The notes under the pieces: generated by a model
The model's database searches: none
What the model saw: the letters and a program-made list of their open reading frames with translations, nothing else
What the model was told of the DNA's origin: nothing
Origin: Rozella allomycis CSF55
Lineage: Eukaryota
DNA: 32,808 nucleotides
Assembly (NCBI GenBank): GCA_000442015.1
Contig: KE560734.1
Location: 1-32,808, forward strand
Direction: 5' to 3'
Translations under genes and position numbers: made by a program
Part shown: positions 27,865 to 32,808 of the stretch, in pieces
Layout of the letters: each line of letters begins with the position of its first letter
Position numbering within the stretch: position 1 is the stretch's first letter

Positions 27865-29786
27865 ATGCTGCTGGTTTCATTAAAGAGAGTATTTTCAACT
27901 AAAGTTCCTAAAATTCCATTGAAGCTTTTGAATAAGAAGAATCCAGCCTTGGCTAAAGCGATTGTAAACAAATTGAATCTTGATCCTCGAGCGCTTAAAG
28001 ACCCACAATACAAGGTGACAACCGAGGCGCTTGTGCATGAAGATATCGTCAAAGAGTCTCAATCTTATGAGCTTCAAGTTGAGGAAAATAAGCCCATGTC
28101 AGAGAATGTACAGAACTATTTCAGGACCACAATGGATGATCCGACCCAGAGGGAGCACGAAAAAGAAGTTATGAAAAATATGGTTGCATTCAATATTAAT
28201 GTAGCTGACCCGAATGAGCCAAATTTAATTGAAACCATAAAGAAGGATAAGATTCAAATGGCTGATGATCTAAACAAGGACATTGATGCGATCAGAGCAG
28301 GTCTTTTCGAAACAGCGGAGGAATCCGCCAAAGATGAATTATCAAAAATAGAAACCACGACTGATACTAAGAATGATAGTTTGATTGGTGTACTAAAAGA
28401 GCATTTCGTCGAAAAAACAAAGCGTGATTCCGAAACAGAAAAGGCAAAGATCAATAAACTTGAAGCAAAATATGCTTTTCAGAGATGTAGAAAGGGTAAA
28501 ATGTTTGTGAAAACAACCCCAAAAATCCTTCCTGATGGAACTAAAGATCCTGAAAATAGCGAAATAGTTGAAGTACCATATGGACGTTATCCTGAACGCT
28601 CGCGTATACTAACTTACCGTTGCCCTCCAAGTAAATGAAAATACTTTCAAATTATAAAAGAAGCAGATGAATTGATGCCATTTCTTGGTAATGTTGAGTA
28701 CCCGCCAAATGCTAAATGCGCAAGGATAGGATTGATAGGACCACCCAATGCTGGAAAATCAACTCTTTTGAATAAACTTATAGGAGAACCTGTAAAAATT
28801 TATTTTCTGAATTCATTTAGCTGTCGGCGGTGTCTAGCAAAGCTCAAACAACTAGAAAAGAAGTGGTAGGCATTTGGACAGAAAATGAAAATCAAATAAT
28901 TTTTTACGACACTCCAGGAATTCCGAATCATTATGAAAGAGGAAAGTAAAAAAGTTTTCGTTATTTTTACTTTAAGAGTGAAGAGTAGCGTAGCAAAGGC
29001 GGCATGGGATACAATTGAAGATAGAATTCAGCACAGTAAAGATGTTTAAGAATGAAAATTAGTCTATTTTATGTTAGATTTTTGTTTCCCAGTCAGCAGC
29101 TCAGCTTATGATAGTCTGCGGAAGATATTCGCAATGGAAAAGTCCATTCCAGTCACCGTCCTCTTAAATAAAGTAAAACAACATTTACTCTTTGAAGGAT
29201 AGATTGATTTAAAGAAAGAAGATAGACAAGCCTTTATTGAAGACAGAATAAAAGAGTTGATGAGTGAGTTTCCATTATTGTCAGGAATAATCCCAATTTC
29301 TGTAAAGAAAAACATAAATATAAAAGCTTTAAAAGTACAATGAAATCATTTGTATTAACCATTCAGGTTCAATTGCTTCAAACATGCGTTCCCAGTCCAT
29401 GGGAATATCCTGGTGGATTAGTTACCCCCATGTCCAAAGTAGACAGAGCAATAAGCATTGTACGTGATAAAATATTTAAGAGATTCAATTTGAATATCCC
29501 TTATACAATAAAGATAGAATGCACATCATGGCGATTTCATGAAGGAGTTGATACGCTTGAATTACATTTCAACTTTTACGTTATAGATGAAGACCATATA
29601 GTAAAACTTTTTTGCATCATTAATTAGAAAATTGTAGTTGGCTCCAAAGGCGTCGCTTTAGAATACGTTAGATATCACGCTGAAAAAGAGCTATCTCAAA
29701 TATTCAATTGTCAAGTTGACATGCATATTAATGTTCGACATAGCGAGAAAATGGTTCAATTATTAAACATTCAAGAGCACTATTAA
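27865..29786 (+). CDS. Mitochondrial Era-like GTPase (ERAL1-like) with long N-terminal extension, about 7 introns
   Basis: Presequence-like [14 protein letters not shown]1 GPPNAGKS, G2 [11 protein letters not shown]3 DTPG, G4 NK|ID, IVRDKIF...IPY, KH-like IVVGSKG. Intron 28631-28660 joins the long first exon to the G domain in frame. Confidence 0.85.
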
Positions 29787-29814
29787 TAAAGTCTATTTTT
29801 GAAATTTCCAAATT

Positions 29815-30799
29815 ATGTCTGAACTTGAGGCCTTTGAATTGATCGATAAAGCAGACAAGAAAGTTAATAGCACATCTTGGTTTCCTTTTGGAGGAAAATC
29901 AAAACAAGAGGATGCCGTTGATTTGTATACCAGGGCTGCAAACATCCTCAAAAATAACAAACGCTGTAATTTAGTATCCAACTAGTCAACAGGGAAAGAA
30001 TCAGCCGATACCTTCAGCAAAGTTGCAGACCTTTTGGTTCGTTTAGGAGAAAGATCTGAAGCAAGCAGTCGTTATATTAACGCTGCCCAATGTTATAAAA
30101 AGTGCAGCCCTGAAGGTATTATTTATTAAATGATATTTTACAGAGGCTATTATTGCTTACAAAAATGGCATCGATATACTTGCGGAAGCTGGTAGATTTC
30201 AATCTGCTGCGTCCCATCAAAAAGAAATTGCTGAAATACTTGAATGCGACATTGGTGATATGGATAGGGCTATTCTAGCGTATGAAGCAGCTGCCGATTG
30301 GTACTCTGGGGAAGACGCGAATGCATTAGCAAATAGCTGTTGGATAAAGGTTGCTCACTTGGCTGCTCAGCACGAAAAGTATGAAAAGGCCATTGAAAAA
30401 TTTGAATACGTTGCTCATGCTTCTGTGGATAATTCGTTGGCTAAATGGTACCAAAATATCTGCAACTAAAAAGGTCTGTCAAAGAGTATTTGTTGAAGGC
30501 AGGATTGTGTCGGTTTTTGCAAGATGGTGGTGATATCGTAGGGATTAAAAAAACTATTGAAAAATACAGAGATATCGACATGACCTTCGGATCAACTAGA
30601 GAATACAAACTTCTGACAGTAACAATCTATGGCAGGCACCTCATATTAGGAAATCTTAGAAGCAGTTGAGCAAGGTGATCCCCAGCTTTATACCGACGTT
30701 GTGACAGAATATGATCGATTCTCAAAATTGGATGCGTGGAAGACATCCATTTTGCTTAAAATCAAAAAGTCAATTGAAGCAGAACCTTCTTTAACATAA
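29815..30799 (+). CDS. SEC17: Alpha-soluble NSF attachment protein (alpha-SNAP), 4 introns
   Basis: KADKK...FGGKSKQEDAVDLYTRAAN, GRFQSAASHQKEIAE, YEAAADWYSGE, ANSCWIKVA, W|SVKEYLLKAGLC, FGSTREYKLL, YDRFSKLDAWKTSILLKIK. Confidence 0.96.
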
Positions 30800-30827
30800 A
30801 ATAAATAGTCACAATGGGTCCATTTAA

Positions 30828-31341
30828 TTAGTAAAAATATATGCCAAAGGCAGCAACAACACAAAATAGCGAATCCTATACAATTGATAATATCCAATGA
30901 ATTACATTAATGAAAGTTTCTTGCGCTAGGTTATCCGTGTCAGCATCCCAGAAACATCTGCAATTCATTCTATATTTGTTACTCGATTGTAATATACCTG
31001 ACTCCTTCAGATTTTTGTTCGCCAAGAACCACATTGACAATTATTTTATATCTTTCTAAACCCAAATCTTTATGTAATCAAATGGATGTAATATTCACCT
31101 TTTATCTTTAATTTGACACCGTCAGCTATTTCCTTTGTCCACTGGGTAGCTAGCTCTGGTTGATACTTTGCGTTCTGCAATTTTTCTTGAAGAACTTGCT
31201 TAATTAATGTGGATATAACAGTAGGACGAAATCATAATTGCATATAAAAATGACTTACTTTTGGCTATAATTTGGTCTTATATTATAAGAGTCCTCATGG
31301 GTAGCTAGAGGCTTTTCTTCGACAATTACTGTGTCAACCAT
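30828..31341 (-). CDS. TCTEX1D2: Tctex-type dynein light chain TCTEX1D2/DYNLT2B (dynein-2/IFT), 4 introns; not in the ORF track
   Basis: SYNIRPNYSQK|FRPTV...RYKIIVNVVLGEQKSEGVR|MNCRCFWDADTDNLAQETFIN|DSLFCVVAAFGIYFY*. Confidence 0.93.
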
Positions 31342-31562
31342 AACGCCAAATTTCCTAAATGATCATTGTGTACGTGAATATGTTCTACAAATTTTTGATA
31401 ATATCTAAACATTCTAACAAATTATCAATGCCAGACTTGCTAGTAATGTATAAGTTTGAAATTCACATATGGCTAGAGTTCAAAATTCATTTTAGAAATA
31501 TATATTTTATACCGGCTTATAATTAATTTATTGTTTACTATTTATAACGAATTCTAATATAC

Positions 31563-32121
31563 CTAATGTTTCCTTCCTCTTCCTTTTGACACTGACACAA
31601 AGCCATCAGCGTCGGGCTCAGGCGGATTATTTTTGGGATTCTCTAAAGAATTAAATTCACTTGAATTATCTTCTTCTTCTGATGAATCTGATCCAACAGT
31701 GCAGGTAATATCTGTGAACGGCTTGGTAAATTTGGAGGTTTCTTGTAGTTCTTTCAAAAATGATAAATCATTCATTCGCAAAGTAGTATTCAATTTTTCA
31801 ATCATAGAAGCAACCTTTATTGAAAACTACTAAAAATTACTGTGTTCGCGCATCGATCATCAAAAGACATGCTAAACTCGTTACTTAATATTTCTTCAAT
31901 AAAATCTTCTAGTTCATCTTGATATAAATCATTGCCGTCTATCAATAAATTGGACGAAAATTACTATTTATGACTTCTTCAAGAACAACTTCTTCCAACC
32001 AAGCAGCCTTCTCAGCCGATTCAAAGCCCCCAAAACCTTGTTCTACAGCTATTCTTAGGACATTCCAGTTTCTTAGGATTAAAGATATGCCTTCAGATAG
32101 ATTTTGGGTTAGTGGCGACAT
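31563..32121 (-). CDS. TSR2: Pre-rRNA processing protein Tsr2 (WGG domain), 2 introns
   Basis: GISLILRNWNVLRIAVEQGFGG...EKAAWL, DELEDFIEEILSNEF...DD, C-terminal EPDADGFVSVSKGR. Confidence 0.9.
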
Positions 32122-32254
32122 ATAATTTTTTGTGGCTTTGCATTGAAAAAACTTATAGATTCGATTCTTGTAAACTTTAAGAATACAGTTTAGATATTTC
32201 ATTTTTTAAAAAAACTGTAGAATATGAGGGATAATAATAAATCACCAAAAAAGA

Positions 32255-32326
32255 TGCCCACGCCCGGAATCGAACCGGGATATTAGCGGCCACAACGCTA
32301 CGTACTAACCATTATACTACGTGAGC
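32255..32326 (-). tRNA. tRNA-His (GUG), intronless
   Basis: Reverse complement GCTCACGTAGTATAATGGTTAGTACGTAGCGTTGTGGCCGCTAATATCCCGGTTCGATTCCGGGCGTGGGCA: acceptor stem GCTCACG/CGTGGGC, anticodon stem TAGCG/CGCTA around TTGTGGC, T loop GGTTCGATTCC, followed by a T6 Pol III terminator. Confidence 0.97.
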
Positions 32327-32402
32327 CGAAGTTGTGTCCTATTTAAATATTAAAACCAAATACTGGTATCTTTTAGATGAAATATTAATTAAGATTAAAT
32401 AT

Positions 32403-32548
32403 TTTTTTTATTTTAAATATATACAATTAATTTAAAAATCGTATTTATAAAGGATGAGGGATCCACATCGTCAAAATCACCAAGGAGTCGAACCTTTTTT
32501 TATATTTTAAATATATACAATTCATTTAATAATAAAGGATGAGGGATA
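32403..32548. repeat. Two diverged copies of an AT-rich ~55-60 bp unit upstream of the tRNA
   Basis: ttttaaatatatacaatt(a/c)atttaa...ataaaggatgagggat at ~32403-32462 and ~32495-32547. Confidence 0.75.
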
Positions 32549-32642
32549 TAGATGCATTCCGTTTTGCTAATGTGAAACTGATTTTTAAACGGAGCCTGTG
32601 GTATACCACATTAGTTTCGATATTTTGCAGATTGGACACTGN

Positions 32643-32808
32643 ATTATACTACGTGAGCCGAAGTTGTGTCCTATTTAAATATTAAAACCAAATACTGGTA
32701 TCTTTTAGATGAAATATTAATTAAGATTAAATATTTTTTTTATTTTAAATATATACAATTAATTTAAAAATCGTATTTATAAAGGATGAGGGATCCACAT
32801 CGTCAAAA
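32643..32808. repeat. Repeat of 32311-32476 after N32642, including the 5' 16 nt of the tRNA
   Basis: Sequence after the N restarts at attatactacgtgagccgaag and matches the earlier stretch to the end of the window; overlap artefact or a tandem tRNA unit. Confidence 0.85.

Noticed and set aside
32643..32808. Second tRNA-His or a tRNA-targeted integration site (att-like duplication)
   Set aside because: Begins exactly at an N join, duplicates the tRNA 5' end plus upstream flank, and no integrase is present; most simply a contig overlap.

Overview
Gene-dense eukaryotic DNA with roughly 50 inferred spliceosomal introns of only 26-32 nt and intergenic gaps often under 50 bp. Ciliary genes (DZIP1-like, TCTEX1D2) and a Crinkler-type effector point to a zoosporic early-diverging fungus or fungal relative; a Rozella-like cryptomycete is my inference, not a verified identification. 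In order: BRR2(+), TEL2(+), DZIP1-like(-), CRN-type NTPase-nuclease(+), ABCC/YOR1-type transporter(+), unknown coiled-coil gene(-), PIG-X/PBN1(-), RPL43(-, missed by the ORF track), CTF8(+), RTF1(-), DNAJC3(-), ATX1(-), orphan secreted/membrane protein(+), VPS28(-), Era GTPase(+), SEC17(+), TCTEX1D2(-), TSR2(-), tRNA-His(-). Single-N joins flank near-identical duplications that look like uncollapsed haplotypes. Items most worth following up: an obligatory intron ending in TG instead of AG; a candidate newly formed 32-nt intron that would repair the CRN frameshift; kilobase-scale G/C strand-skew inversions inside single genes; a 34-bp head-to-head gene pair; a stray decayed copy of one exon-intron-exon junction; and an ABC transporter lacking the core of its second ATPase domain. 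I cannot demonstrate a new multi-gene system from sequence alone.
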